DNA from: Candidatus Omnitrophota bacterium
GTDB taxonomy: Bacteria; Omnitrophota; Gorgyraeia; Gygaellales; Profunditerraquicolaceae
Length of the DNA stretch: 62,280 bases
Reading direction: 5' to 3'
Assembly (NCBI GenBank): GCA_043800555.1
Contig: JAZDMX010000026.1
Location: 1-62,280, forward strand
In this document: positions 7,249 to 16,494 of the stretch, piece by piece
Numbering within the stretch: the stretch's first letter is position 1
Layout of the letters: each line of letters opens with the position of its first letter
Made by a program: the position numbers and the translations under genes
The notes under the pieces: model-generated
Database searches by the model: none
What the model was told of the DNA's origin: nothing
Seen by the model: the letters and a program-made list of their open reading frames with translations, nothing else

Positions 7249-7908
7249 TTAAGCGTATTTTTTAATATCTAAGAACCAATGTTTTCCAAACATTTCCCTT
7301 ACCGCGGATTCTGTCTCAATAATCTTGATCGGCTTGCTGAATATCGGCCCATCAACCACTAAGGTATGGAACTCTCCTTTCTCCCCGCAGGGGTCTATTC
7401 CAGGCGCTAACTCTTTTAAGAACTCTTTATCAATATTACGGCCCAGCCATTCTTCTCCAAGCAAGCCGGCTTTAGTGCTGACCACTATTGATTTAAAACC
7501 GGAGTTGATTATTTCCATGGCCAGTTCTTTTGAATCCCTTTCCCATAAAGGCAGTATGGCTTCTATCTTTAATTCCTTGCAGATTTTATCTATCCACTCT
7601 TTGTGCTCTTTAAGGTATATATCGCCAAAGACTACCCCCTGGATCCCCTCTTTTTCCTTCCATTCAGAGACCAGTTCTTTGAATTTCTCCGCGTAAGTTT
7701 CCTTGGGCATTGATCTTTGCACAAGAGGGATGCCGGTAAGCTCTGCCTGCCTGGCAATAAGTTCAGCAGGCAGGCCGTGGGACAATGAGTTTTTACCTTC
7801 AGTATCCGTGAAGTTAAATAAAGCCACAATATTATACCCGGAGTTTACGGCTTTGTAGCAGGCAAAGCAGCTGTCCTTGCCGCCGCTCCAGAGGCAGGCC
7901 ACTTTCAT
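7249..7908 (-). CDS. PP-loop ATP pyrophosphatase of the Dph6 / MJ0570 (diphthine-ammonia ligase-like) family
   Basis: 219 aa. The N-terminal PP-loop is CLWSGGKDSCFA and the family motif is GEKGEFHTLVVDGP. Its start overlaps the cobQ stop (ATGA at 7905-7908). Confidence 0.8.
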   Translation of the reverse strand: MKVACLWSGGKDSCFACYKAVNSGYNIVALFNFTDTEGKNSLSHGLPAELIARQAELTGIPLVQRSMPKETYAEKFKELVSEWKEKEGIQGVVFGDIYLKEHKEWIDKICKELKIEAILPLWERDSKELAMEIINSGFKSIVVSTKAGLLGEEWLGRNIDKEFLKELAPGIDPCGEKGEFHTLVVDGPIFSKPIKIIETESAVREMFGKHWFLDIKKYA

Positions 7909-9431
7909 CTAATCACCTCCTGTATATTTTTATCCAGTATCCTGTAAAGATAGGCAGTATCAATATTCTCCCGCGCCAGCTTTGCCAGTTTATCAATCTC
8001 TGCGTCAGGGTTAAAGGTTGTTTCTTGTGAGAGCGCCGGCCATCCTTTTTTAGCCCTTAACCTGTTTAAGAAATCCCTTCGGAAGGCAGCGGAGTCAAAT
8101 AACCCGTGAATATAGGTGCCTAATACGCGCCTTCCTTTACAGGCTATTCCGTCAGGGTATTTTACTTCTTTGCCGTTTCGTTGAAAAACTTCAAAAAACG
8201 GCTTGCAGTTGCCGGCACTTTTAGTAAGCCCATGATGGATCTCATATCCGCTTACCTCTTCTCCGGAGGCCGTATCTTTTGCTTTCAGGCGGTTCAGCTC
8301 CTTGTGCGGCATTAATCGCGTGCTTACAGGCAGAAGACCTAAGCCTTTGACCTTCCGGGAGCCTGATTCAATCGCGTGCTTGTCATAGATAATTTCACCC
8401 ATTATCTGGTAGCCGCCGCATATTCCCAGGATAACGGAATGCTTTTTTGAATTTGCATTTTCCAGTATTTTTCCGGCAAAACCGCTTTTATTCAGATAAG
8501 AAAGGTCCGTAATGGTGCTTTTTGTCCCGGGAATGATCAGCATATCCGGTTTTCCTAATCCTTCAGGCCTGTTAACATAGCGTAATTTAACGTCAGGCTC
8601 TGCTGCCAGGGGGTCAAAATCCGTAAAATTAGAAATATGCGGCAGGTAGATAACTGCGATGTCAAGTTTCCGGCGCTTCCTTTCAGAAGGGCGGGCAGTG
8701 AAGTTATCCAGGGGCACCGCGTCTTCCTCCGGGATTGATATGCCTCTGAAGTAAGGGATAACCCCCAGCACCTTGATCCCCGTTCGTTTTTCAAGCCATC
8801 TTAGCCCGGGGACTAGAAGGGTTTTGTCTCCCCGGAATTTATTAATGATAAAACCCTTGATCATCCTCCGCTCGCTATTATTGAGAAGCTCAAGCGTCCC
8901 CACCAGTGAGGCGAATACCCCTCCCTTGTCAATATCGCCAACCAAAATAACCGGCGCCTTGGCGTAGCGGGCCATTTTTATATTGACGATGTCGTGTGAC
9001 TTTAAATTTATTTCGGCGGGGCTGCCTGCGCCTTCGATGACCACGGCTTCGTATTTTTTGCTTAAGGCGTCAAAAGACCTTCTCACCACCGGGAGGAGTT
9101 TGGCTTTGTAACGCGTATAATTACGGGCATTCATATTCCCGAGCGGCGAGCCCCGGACTATGACTTGCGCGCCGGTGTCGCTAGCCGGCTTGAGTAAAAC
9201 CGGGTTCATATCCACGTGGGGCTCAATGCGGCAGGCCAACGCCTGGGTTGCCTGCGCGCGGCCGATTTCTCCCCCCTGCCTGGTGACAAAAGAATTCAAG
9301 GCCATGTTCTGCGCCTTAAACGGGCAAACCTTATAGCCATCCTGCAAAAATATCCTGCAGAGAGCGCTGACAATTACGCTTTTACCGACACCTGAACCGG
9401 TCCCGCAAATTTGTATGGCCCTGGCCTTCAT
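7905..9431 (-). CDS. cobQ: Cobyric acid synthase
   Basis: 508 aa. The N-terminal P-loop domain carries GTGSGVGKS. The C-terminal glutamine amidotransferase domain carries GICGGYQIMG and YEIHHG. Confidence 0.9.
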   Translation of the reverse strand: MKARAIQICGTGSGVGKSVIVSALCRIFLQDGYKVCPFKAQNMALNSFVTRQGGEIGRAQATQALACRIEPHVDMNPVLLKPASDTGAQVIVRGSPLGNMNARNYTRYKAKLLPVVRRSFDALSKKYEAVVIEGAGSPAEINLKSHDIVNIKMARYAKAPVILVGDIDKGGVFASLVGTLELLNNSERRMIKGFIINKFRGDKTLLVPGLRWLEKRTGIKVLGVIPYFRGISIPEEDAVPLDNFTARPSERKRRKLDIAVIYLPHISNFTDFDPLAAEPDVKLRYVNRPEGLGKPDMLIIPGTKSTITDLSYLNKSGFAGKILENANSKKHSVILGICGGYQIMGEIIYDKHAIESGSRKVKGLGLLPVSTRLMPHKELNRLKAKDTASGEEVSGYEIHHGLTKSAGNCKPFFEVFQRNGKEVKYPDGIACKGRRVLGTYIHGLFDSAAFRRDFLNRLRAKKGWPALSQETTFNPDAEIDKLAKLARENIDTAYLYRILDKNIQEVIR

Positions 9432-10162
9432 TGAATGGCAAAGCAGGAAAAAAGCACGAGCGTTTCGCTAATCTCGCTGGTTGCTCCGATAGTATCTCCG
9501 GTCAAACCGCCGATTTTCTTGCTTATGAACCGGTTGATTAAATAAGTTGCCGCCGCCACTATTGCCCAAATTAACAATCCCTTAAAAGGCAAGCTCAATA
9601 GCACTACCGCTAAGGTAATTGCCGTCGCCCGGAAGAATACCCCCGGGTTTGATTCCCGCATATAGGCCCTGGCTTTTCCCTCCTTCCTGGCATAGGCAAA
9701 ATTAGAGAGAGAAAATACCATTGACCAACGGCTTAAAACACACATCAAAATCAAAGCATCCGGCCTCAGGGCTTTGCCGATTGAATACAAAAGGCCGATT
9801 TTTAAAAGTATTACGCATACTAAACTCAATACGCCCAATGAACCTGCGCGCGGGTCGCGCATAATATCGAGCATCTCTTCTTTGGGTTTACCGCTTAAAA
9901 AGGCATCGGCACTGTCACAAAGGCCGTCTAAATGCATGCCGCCGGTAATAACAACCAAAGAAACTATCAAAATTATACTTGAGGCAAGAATAGGCGCATT
10001 CAAGGCCGATATGATAAAGTTTACTCCCAGAAGAAGCAAACCGATAAATAAGCCGGCAAGCGGGAAATACGCCGCTGAACCAGAGAGGCCCTTCTGGCCA
10101 ATATCTTTGATTTTAAGCGGGATAACGGTCAAAAACTGAACGGCCAATAAAAAACCCTTCAT
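9428..10162 (-). CDS. cobS: Adenosylcobinamide-GDP ribazoletransferase (cobalamin synthase)
   Basis: 244-aa polytopic membrane protein. It has FLTVIPLK at the N-terminus and the DGLCD and GGLTGD motifs. It overlaps cobT and cobQ by 4 nt each. Confidence 0.9.
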   Translation of the reverse strand: MKGFLLAVQFLTVIPLKIKDIGQKGLSGSAAYFPLAGLFIGLLLLGVNFIISALNAPILASSIILIVSLVVITGGMHLDGLCDSADAFLSGKPKEEMLDIMRDPRAGSLGVLSLVCVILLKIGLLYSIGKALRPDALILMCVLSRWSMVFSLSNFAYARKEGKARAYMRESNPGVFFRATAITLAVVLLSLPFKGLLIWAIVAAATYLINRFISKKIGGLTGDTIGATSEISETLVLFSCFAIQ

Positions 10163-11217
10163 TTATTCTTCTCCGAAACGTTGGCGCTCTGGAAAGTGGC
10201 CATTTGAGTAAGGATCTTTACCGCCGCATCGGCCAAAGCTATGGCTAAAGCCCCTCCTGTCCCTTCTCCTAATCTTAAATTCAAGTCTAAAAGCGGCCTT
10301 AAACCGATATGCTCCAAGATAAACTTATGCCCGCTCTCCACCGAGCAATGCGCGGCAATCATATATTCTTTGACCTTAGGCTCAAGGCGATAGGCGATTA
10401 AGGCGGCTGCGCCGGAAATAAAACCGTCAATGACCACAGGCACCTTTCTTGCCGCGGAAGCCAAAATTATTCCGGCTAACCCTCCGATTTCGAATCCACC
10501 CACTTTTGCCAATACATCGACCGGATCCAGCGGATCAGGATTATTCAAGGCTAAGGATTTCTTGATTACAGCTATTTTATTATTCAGGCCTTTATCGTCG
10601 AGCCCGGCGCCCCTGCCGGTTATCTCCTCGATTGACTTTTTAGTAAAACAGGCGGTTATGGCGCTAGCGGCTGTAGTATTACCTATGCCCATTTCTCCGG
10701 TCCCTGCGATATCGATGCCTTTTTCATATTCGTTTTCGAATATCTCAAAACCCGCGCAAATCGATCTTATCGCTTCTTCCCTGGCCATTGCCGGGCCCTT
10801 GGCCATATTCTTAGTTCCATAATTTATTTTCTTAACCAAAAGCTTCGGGTTTGGCTTAAGCTCAACGCAAACTCCCAAATCCGCCACTACCACTCTTGCG
10901 CCTGCATGCGCGGCTAGGACATTTATCCCCGCCCCGCCGCTCAAGAAATTATAAACCATCTGCGCGGTGACCTCCTTAGGATAGGCGCTCACCCCTTCTT
11001 CGGTAACTCCATGGTCGGCAGCCAGCGTAAAAATTACTTTGTTTTTTAATGCCGGCCCTAATTTAGCGGTTATCCCGCAGACCTGCCTGGCCAGCTCTTC
11101 CAACCTGCCCAGGCTTCCCAGGGGCTTAGTCAAATTATCCAGCCTCTTTTGGGCCTTTTGGATAATCACGGGGTCAATCTCGCAGATTCTTCCGGCAATC
11201 TCATCGATTCTTTTCAT
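10159..11217 (-). CDS. cobT: Nicotinate-nucleotide--dimethylbenzimidazole phosphoribosyltransferase
   Basis: 352 aa with the motifs GEMGIGNTTAASA and LRLGEGTGGA. Confidence 0.9.
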   Translation of the reverse strand: MKRIDEIAGRICEIDPVIIQKAQKRLDNLTKPLGSLGRLEELARQVCGITAKLGPALKNKVIFTLAADHGVTEEGVSAYPKEVTAQMVYNFLSGGAGINVLAAHAGARVVVADLGVCVELKPNPKLLVKKINYGTKNMAKGPAMAREEAIRSICAGFEIFENEYEKGIDIAGTGEMGIGNTTAASAITACFTKKSIEEITGRGAGLDDKGLNNKIAVIKKSLALNNPDPLDPVDVLAKVGGFEIGGLAGIILASAARKVPVVIDGFISGAAALIAYRLEPKVKEYMIAAHCSVESGHKFILEHIGLRPLLDLNLRLGEGTGGALAIALADAAVKILTQMATFQSANVSEKNK

Positions 11218-11754
11218 TTACTCTTCTCCTGGCCTGCTTTGCTTTAGCGTTAAGGGAATCCCTGAAGCGATAAATAGGACCTCATCGGATTCTTGCGCTA
11301 CAATCCGGTTTATTTTACCGGCGATGTCGCGAAAACGCCGCGCCAGCTTATTAGCCGGGACTATTCCCAAACCTACCTCATTGGAAACTATGATTGCTTT
11401 TGCTTTTCTCTTTCTAAGCTGAAGTAAAGACGCCTTGATTTTATCCGCGATCAGCTGGTCTTTACAACCCGACAAAAGAAGGTTAGAAACTAAAAGCGTA
11501 AGGCAATCAATAATGATGCAGTCAAATGGCCCATCCAGCTTAGCTAATAACCCGGCTAACTCCTTTGGCTCCTCAAAAGTTTTCCAGTTATCCGGCCGGG
11601 CTGCTTTGTGTTCCAGGATACGCTCCTCCATTTCCTGGTCTAAGCCTTCTCCGGTAGCGATAAACGCTACGCCTTTTGAGCCTTTTGCCAAATTCAAAGC
11701 CTGCGTGCTCTTTCCGCTCCTTGCTCCCCCCAGAATCAAAGTTATCTTACCCAC
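11218..11754 (-). CDS. cobU: Bifunctional adenosylcobinamide kinase / adenosylcobinamide-phosphate guanylyltransferase
   Basis: 178 aa with the P-loop GGARSGKS and a SNEVGLGIVP motif. It abuts the cobT start. Confidence 0.85.
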   Translation of the reverse strand: MGKITLILGGARSGKSTQALNLAKGSKGVAFIATGEGLDQEMEERILEHKAARPDNWKTFEEPKELAGLLAKLDGPFDCIIIDCLTLLVSNLLLSGCKDQLIADKIKASLLQLRKRKAKAIIVSNEVGLGIVPANKLARRFRDIAGKINRIVAQESDEVLFIASGIPLTLKQSRPGEE

Positions 11755-11806
11755 TGGCCTCCTTAGCCGAGAACGCTTTCAGATTAAAACAAAAGGCGCC
11801 CCCTGT

Positions 11807-12406
11807 TTATTTTAAATGTTTTGTTTCGTTAAATTCCCTTATTTTAGGCTGGTTATCCTTATATTCAATAACAGTCAAACTAGCCCCCTTAGGCACATAA
11901 CGCCAGAAATTTTTCCTTTTCAGGATGCTACAAACCAATGCGCTGATTACCCCCCCGTGGCAAACTATCGCCACTTCTCTGCCGGGGTTTTTCCGGACGA
12001 TCCCTTCGATCCCCCGGCTTACTCTCTTGTTAAACACATCCATTGATTCGGCCTTAGGGATACAACCCTGGTAGGGGTCCTTTATCCATCTCCTATAAAC
12101 GGTTGGATACTTTATCATAATCTCTTTATGGCGCAACCCTTCAAGGACCCCAAAATTGATCTCTCTTAATGAAGAGGCCCGGACAATTTCGGCTTTATTA
12201 AACACTATGCCGGCTGTCTGGAGGGCGCGTAACCTGTCGCTGGAATAAATTCTATCGAATTTGACGCCTTTTAAACGCTTAGCCAGAAGCTTTGCTTGCG
12301 CCCTTCCTTCCCGGCTTAAAGCCACATCCTTGCAGCCGCAATAACGGCCCGCTTTGTTCCAGCGGGTTATGCCATGGCGGATTAAAGTAAGGCGGGTAAT
12401 TTTCAT
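11807..12406 (-). CDS. cobC: Alpha-ribazole phosphatase (histidine phosphatase family)
   Basis: 199 aa with the catalytic motif LIRHGIT and a later HGG motif. It sits inside the cob operon. Confidence 0.75.
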   Translation of the reverse strand: MKITRLTLIRHGITRWNKAGRYCGCKDVALSREGRAQAKLLAKRLKGVKFDRIYSSDRLRALQTAGIVFNKAEIVRASSLREINFGVLEGLRHKEIMIKYPTVYRRWIKDPYQGCIPKAESMDVFNKRVSRGIEGIVRKNPGREVAIVCHGGVISALVCSILKRKNFWRYVPKGASLTVIEYKDNQPKIREFNETKHLK

Positions 12407-13191
12407 ATTTCTTTAGGCACTAAGACCACATTCGGCTTTCCCGTAACAGGATTATCGTTAACCAATACGATTGTTTTATATACCGACTCTATATTCTTAT
12501 AAGTAAGCACTTCTTCGGGGCTGCCTTCCTTGAATATCCTCCCGTTATCCAACAGGCAGATCCGGTTGCAATAGGCGCTGGCAAGGTTTAAATCATGTAA
12601 AACCATAACAACGGTCAGGTTATTCTCGCGGTTAAATTTTCTCAACAGGTCCATTACCTGTATCTGATGGCCTATATCAAGATGCGAAGTCGGCTCATCT
12701 AGCAGCAAAAGGACAGGCTCTTGCGCCAAGGCCCGGGCGATAAGCACCCTTTGGCGTTCGCCGGCGCTTAGCTCATCGACCATCTTGCCTTTTAAGCTTT
12801 GCGAGCCGGTTAACAAAAGCGAGTTCTCGGCAATCCCGATATCCTTTTTGGTTTCAAACTGCAGCCTTTTCAAATGCGGGATCCTCCCCATCAAAACCAG
12901 CTCCATCACGCTAAATGAAAAACCGGCGGATATATCTTGAGCGACAAAGGCCGCCTTACGGCAAAACTCCTTTAAGCTCATATCAAAGATATCCTTACCG
13001 TCAAAATAAACCCTGCCCTTGCGGGGGCATAAGGCCTTGGAGCATAACCTAAGCAGCGTGGTTTTACCCGAACCGTTCGGGCCGATAATCCCGATAAAAT
13101 CACCGGCGGAAACATTCAAAGAGACGCCCTTAATGATATCTTCCTTAGAGTAACCGGCGCTTAAACTATCAATTCTTAATAATGGTCTCAT
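12403..13191 (-). CDS. btuD: ABC transporter ATP-binding protein, BtuD/FepC type
   Basis: Walker A GPNGSGKTT, signature LSAGERQR, Walker B LLLLDEP. I moved the start to the Met at MRPLLRIDSL, which forms an ATGA overlap with the permease stop. The longer ORF to 13308 runs inside the permease gene. Confidence 0.8.
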   Translation of the reverse strand: MRPLLRIDSLSAGYSKEDIIKGVSLNVSAGDFIGIIGPNGSGKTTLLRLCSKALCPRKGRVYFDGKDIFDMSLKEFCRKAAFVAQDISAGFSFSVMELVLMGRIPHLKRLQFETKKDIGIAENSLLLTGSQSLKGKMVDELSAGERQRVLIARALAQEPVLLLLDEPTSHLDIGHQIQVMDLLRKFNRENNLTVVMVLHDLNLASAYCNRICLLDNGRIFKEGSPEEVLTYKNIESVYKTIVLVNDNPVTGKPNVVLVPKEI

Positions 13192-14150
13192 CAAGCCTTT
13201 TGGCCGCGTTTTAGTAAGATTATAAAGACCGGGGCCCCGATTATCGCGGTAATTACTCCTATGGGTATTTCTACGGGAGAAAACAGGGTCCGCGAGAACA
13301 CATCGCAAACTACCATAAAAATCGCTCCCGCTAAACAGGTCGCAGGAATCAGGGTTTTATGGTTTGGCCCTACCACCAGACGCATCATATGCGGCACAAC
13401 CAAACCCACAAACCCGATTATCCCGCAGATACAAATAATGCCGGCAGTAATCAAGGTGGTTATAATGATCAAAATATTCTTAACAACCTGGGTGTTTATA
13501 CCCAAATGCATGGCTTCTTCCTCTCCCAGCTGTATCGCGTTTAAATCCTGGGCAAAGACGTAAATAGCGCATAGCCCTAAGAGGACCGGGATTGAAACCA
13601 AAAGAACCAGCTTCCAGTCATAAACCTGCAGGCTTCCCCAAAGCCACCAATTCATCTCGTGCATGAGCTGATCCCCGAATAAAGAAACGAAAAAAACAAT
13701 TAAAGAAGAACTCGCTATGGATACGATTACTCCGGAAAGAATCAAGGACTTATCCGCGACTATCTTTCTATCGCTGGCAAGTGAATAAACCAGGATAATG
13801 CTGGCCAAAGCCCCCAGAAACGCCGCTATCGGCATATAAATCCGCGAAACGCCGAGGATAAGCGCAATTACGGCAGCCAGGCCTGCCCCGCTTGATGTGC
13901 CCAGTAAATAAGGCTCGGCCAAAGGGTTCCTCAAGATTGCCTGAAGGACTATCCCTGCGGCAGCCAGGCCGCTGCCGGCTAAGATCGCCGCCAATATCCT
14001 AAGCAGCCGCATATTGAATATGAGCTGGTTATCTTTAAGCAAAAGCCTGTTTAAAGGGATCGGCACAGAACCATTAATCAACCCGTAAACTACCGCCACG
14101 CAAAGCAATAAAAGCAATAACAATGTTATCTTCTTAAATCCCTTGATCAT
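13191..14150 (-). CDS. btuC: FecCD-family ABC permease (BtuC-like)
   Basis: 319-aa polytopic protein whose sequence is typical of the FecCD family. It overlaps btuF by 4 nt. Confidence 0.85.
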   Translation of the reverse strand: MIKGFKKITLLLLLLLCVAVVYGLINGSVPIPLNRLLLKDNQLIFNMRLLRILAAILAGSGLAAAGIVLQAILRNPLAEPYLLGTSSGAGLAAVIALILGVSRIYMPIAAFLGALASIILVYSLASDRKIVADKSLILSGVIVSIASSSLIVFFVSLFGDQLMHEMNWWLWGSLQVYDWKLVLLVSIPVLLGLCAIYVFAQDLNAIQLGEEEAMHLGINTQVVKNILIIITTLITAGIICICGIIGFVGLVVPHMMRLVVGPNHKTLIPATCLAGAIFMVVCDVFSRTLFSPVEIPIGVITAIIGAPVFIILLKRGQKA

Positions 14151-14977
14151 ATTTTGGGGTATAACTTCTTTTGCATCTTTTTCAAGCCTTCGGTAATTCT
14201 TGGCCCGGGGCGTAACAATTCATCCGGATCAATATCATTAAATACCTTGTTATTCTTTACCGCGTCGATATTGCTCCATCCAAAACGCGACTCAACCAGC
14301 TTTAACGGAGGCTGCTTATCCATATAAGTCATAATAATAACGGCAGGATTAAGATTTACCACTTGCTCGGCGCTAAAATAACAATACGGCCTGGGGACAT
14401 CCTGGGCAACGTTGATGCCTCCGGCTAAAGTAACCATTTCATCCACAAATGAACCCCTGCCGGCAGTCATAAGCGGGTCATGCCAGATCTCCACAAAAAC
14501 CTTCACTTTTTCTTCCTGCGGGATAAGTTTTGAATTCTGCTTGACCAACTCAATATCGGATCCCATTCTGTTGGCTAATATTCGGGCCTCCTCTTCCTTA
14601 TGGGTAATCATCCCGATATCCTGGATAGTCTTAAGCAGACCAGGGATCCCTCCCGGGTCAGCCGCGTAAACTTTGAATTTAAGGCAGCGCAGCTCTTCGA
14701 TAACCGGGGCTTGCTCAAGGCCGGTGCAGAAAATATAATCGGGCTTTAAGAAAATTATCTTTTCTATATTCGGATGGCTGAAATCCCCGATTTTCTCTTT
14801 GTCCTTTGCTTCAGGAGGGTAATTACAGTAAGAGCTTACCCCGACGATATTCTCGCCAAGGCCCAAAGCAAAGAGGATTTCAGTGGTCGAAGGCGCAAGC
14901 GAAATGTATCTTTCCGCTCCTTGGGCCTTAGAAAACACCAATAGCCCAAACAATAGGCTTAAGAATATCTTCTTCAT
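14147..14977 (-). CDS. btuF: Periplasmic corrinoid/siderophore-type ABC substrate-binding protein (BtuF-like)
   Basis: 276 aa with a signal peptide, followed by RYISLAPSTTEILFALGL, which is typical of class III binding proteins. It lies immediately downstream of a cobalamin riboswitch. Confidence 0.8.
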   Translation of the reverse strand: MKKIFLSLLFGLLVFSKAQGAERYISLAPSTTEILFALGLGENIVGVSSYCNYPPEAKDKEKIGDFSHPNIEKIIFLKPDYIFCTGLEQAPVIEELRCLKFKVYAADPGGIPGLLKTIQDIGMITHKEEEARILANRMGSDIELVKQNSKLIPQEEKVKVFVEIWHDPLMTAGRGSFVDEMVTLAGGINVAQDVPRPYCYFSAEQVVNLNPAVIIMTYMDKQPPLKLVESRFGWSNIDAVKNNKVFNDIDPDELLRPGPRITEGLKKMQKKLYPKI

Positions 14978-14984
14978 ATAAACA

Positions 14985-15198
14985 AAAGGCCCGAACCGGC
15001 ATTTCTGCCTAGGTCGGGCTTCACCCTGATAATATTATGGCCCATTCCACGAGGCGGTTCTTCTTATAGGCAGGTCTTCTGGCTTAGGGCTTATTCCTCT
15101 TACGGCCTTCCCGGTTTGTTAACCAGTGGCTTTGTAAGTATTGCTTGCCCATTACAGCGGCGGGACCGCATCAGCATCTAACTGATTTCCCTAACCTA
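14985..15198 (-). promoter_or_regulatory. Cobalamin (B12) riboswitch with a terminator-type expression platform
   Basis: Minus strand reads AGGGAAATCAG...GATGCGGTCCCGCCGCTGTAATGGG...AAGCCACTGG...CCGGGAAGGC...AGCCAGAAGACCTGCC, a canonical B12 box. The hairpin GCCCGACC...GGTTCGGGC plus CTTTTGTTT follows, just before the btuF ATG. Confidence 0.85.
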
Positions 15199-15218
15199 TA
15201 ATATATAATTTCTATTTT

Positions 15219-15246
15219 ACTTTAGCACCTTAATATTCTTTGTCAA
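15219..15246 (-). promoter_or_regulatory. Probable sigma70 promoter for the riboswitch-btuF operon (TTGACA, 16-nt spacer, TGcTAAAGT extended -10)
   Basis: Hexamers were read on the minus strand, about 20 nt upstream of the riboswitch core. Confidence 0.45.
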
Positions 15247-15253
15247 CTAAATT

Positions 15254-15757
15254 CTATAACTCAATTCCTTTTCTTGCCTTTTGGCCGGCTTTATAATAAT
15301 GCTTGACCTCATTTATCCGGCTGACCAAGTCAGCGCATTTGATTACTTGCGGATGGGCATTCCTGCCGGTAATAACCAATTCGATTTCTTTTGGCGCCCC
15401 ATTCATAATGCTTAAAAGGTCTTTTAAGCCTATAAGCTTGAGATTTAGCGCCACATTTACTTCGTCAAGGATAACCATCGAGTAACGCCGGCTTGCGATT
15501 GCTTTTCTTACCGCCTTTAATCCGGCATAAGCCAATTTCCTGTCTTTATCTTCGGGGGCATTGCGGATAAAAGAACTCCTGCCGTATTGCTCAACCTCTA
15601 TTTCCTTAAATCTTTTTAAAGAAATAAGCTCGCAATAATTCCCCGCCTTTAAAAACTGGCATAATAATACCCTTTTACCCGCCCCCAGCGCCCTCAAGGC
15701 CAGGCCCAGGGCTGCGGTAGTTTTTCCTTTTCCGTTACCGGTATATACTTGGATCAA
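15254..15757 (-). CDS. cobO: Cob(I)yrinic acid a,c-diamide / corrinoid adenosyltransferase
   Basis: 167 aa. The N-terminus VYTGNGKGKTTAALGLALRALG and the DEVN motif match the family. A TTG start overlaps the upstream GT2 stop (TTGA). Confidence 0.85.
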   Translation of the reverse strand: MIQVYTGNGKGKTTAALGLALRALGAGKRVLLCQFLKAGNYCELISLKRFKEIEVEQYGRSSFIRNAPEDKDRKLAYAGLKAVRKAIASRRYSMVILDEVNVALNLKLIGLKDLLSIMNGAPKEIELVITGRNAHPQVIKCADLVSRINEVKHYYKAGQKARKGIEL

Positions 15758-16431
15758 CTCTGCGGCCCCCCCTTGCGGCCCACAGCGATTATAAATTTAA
15801 TGAATCTAAAGGTGTCTACAATAGGGTTTATCTGGCTCTTTTGCCCCCGATAAACCGTTTTAATGGGGACCGAACCAATTTTAAAGCCAAGCCCAGAAGC
15901 CTTAATCAGGATCTCGGTCTCTGTCTCGAACTTAACGGTTTTTAAGTCAAGCTTCTCCAGCGCCCTCCTTTTAATGAGCCTGAACCCGCATTGCGTGTCC
16001 GGAATCTTCTGCTTACTCAAAATCGATATTATCCAGGACATGAACCGGTTAGTCGCAATGCGCACAATCGGCATCTCCTTTGTCTGATTCATACGGTTGC
16101 CCACAAGGATATCAACATCAGAATGAGCGGCTAAGCTTATAAAATTCGGCAGATCTTCCGGTAAATGCTGCCCATCCCCATCCATAATTATTACGGCATC
16201 GAAATCTTTTTCCAGGGCGTAGCGGAAAGCCTTCCTTAAACAAGCGCCCTTGCCTTGGTTAACGGGGTTACGTAAAACTACTGCCCCGGAGCTTAAAGCC
16301 AGTTCCCCGGTAGAATCAACCGATCCGTCATCTACCACCAACACATCGGGGTTATTTTCTTTAATCTCTTTTATGAGCCCGGCTATCTCCCTGGATTCAT
16401 TGAATGCCGGGATAATAACGCAAATCTTCAT
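15754..16431 (-). CDS. Family 2 glycosyltransferase (polyprenyl-phosphate sugar transferase-like)
   Basis: KICVIIPAFNES..., VVDDGSVDST and the IIMDGDGQH DxD-type motif. The start is set at the ATG preceded by GGGGAG. The track ORF extends 8 codons further to a TTG. Confidence 0.8.
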   Translation of the reverse strand: MKICVIIPAFNESREIAGLIKEIKENNPDVLVVDDGSVDSTGELALSSGAVVLRNPVNQGKGACLRKAFRYALEKDFDAVIIMDGDGQHLPEDLPNFISLAAHSDVDILVGNRMNQTKEMPIVRIATNRFMSWIISILSKQKIPDTQCGFRLIKRRALEKLDLKTVKFETETEILIKASGLGFKIGSVPIKTVYRGQKSQINPIVDTFRFIKFIIAVGRKGGPQS

Positions 16432-16494
16432 CGTTTGACTCCCCTGTGCTGGCAACGGCCCTGGAAAAACCTAGCGCGCCGAAATACCCAAAAG

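Noticed and set aside
12403-13308. The 301-aa version of the ABC ATPase ORF, overlapping the permease gene by 118 nt
   Set aside because: The N-terminal 39 residues have no ABC homology and lie inside btuC. The Met at 13191 gives the canonical N-terminus and an ATGA overlap.
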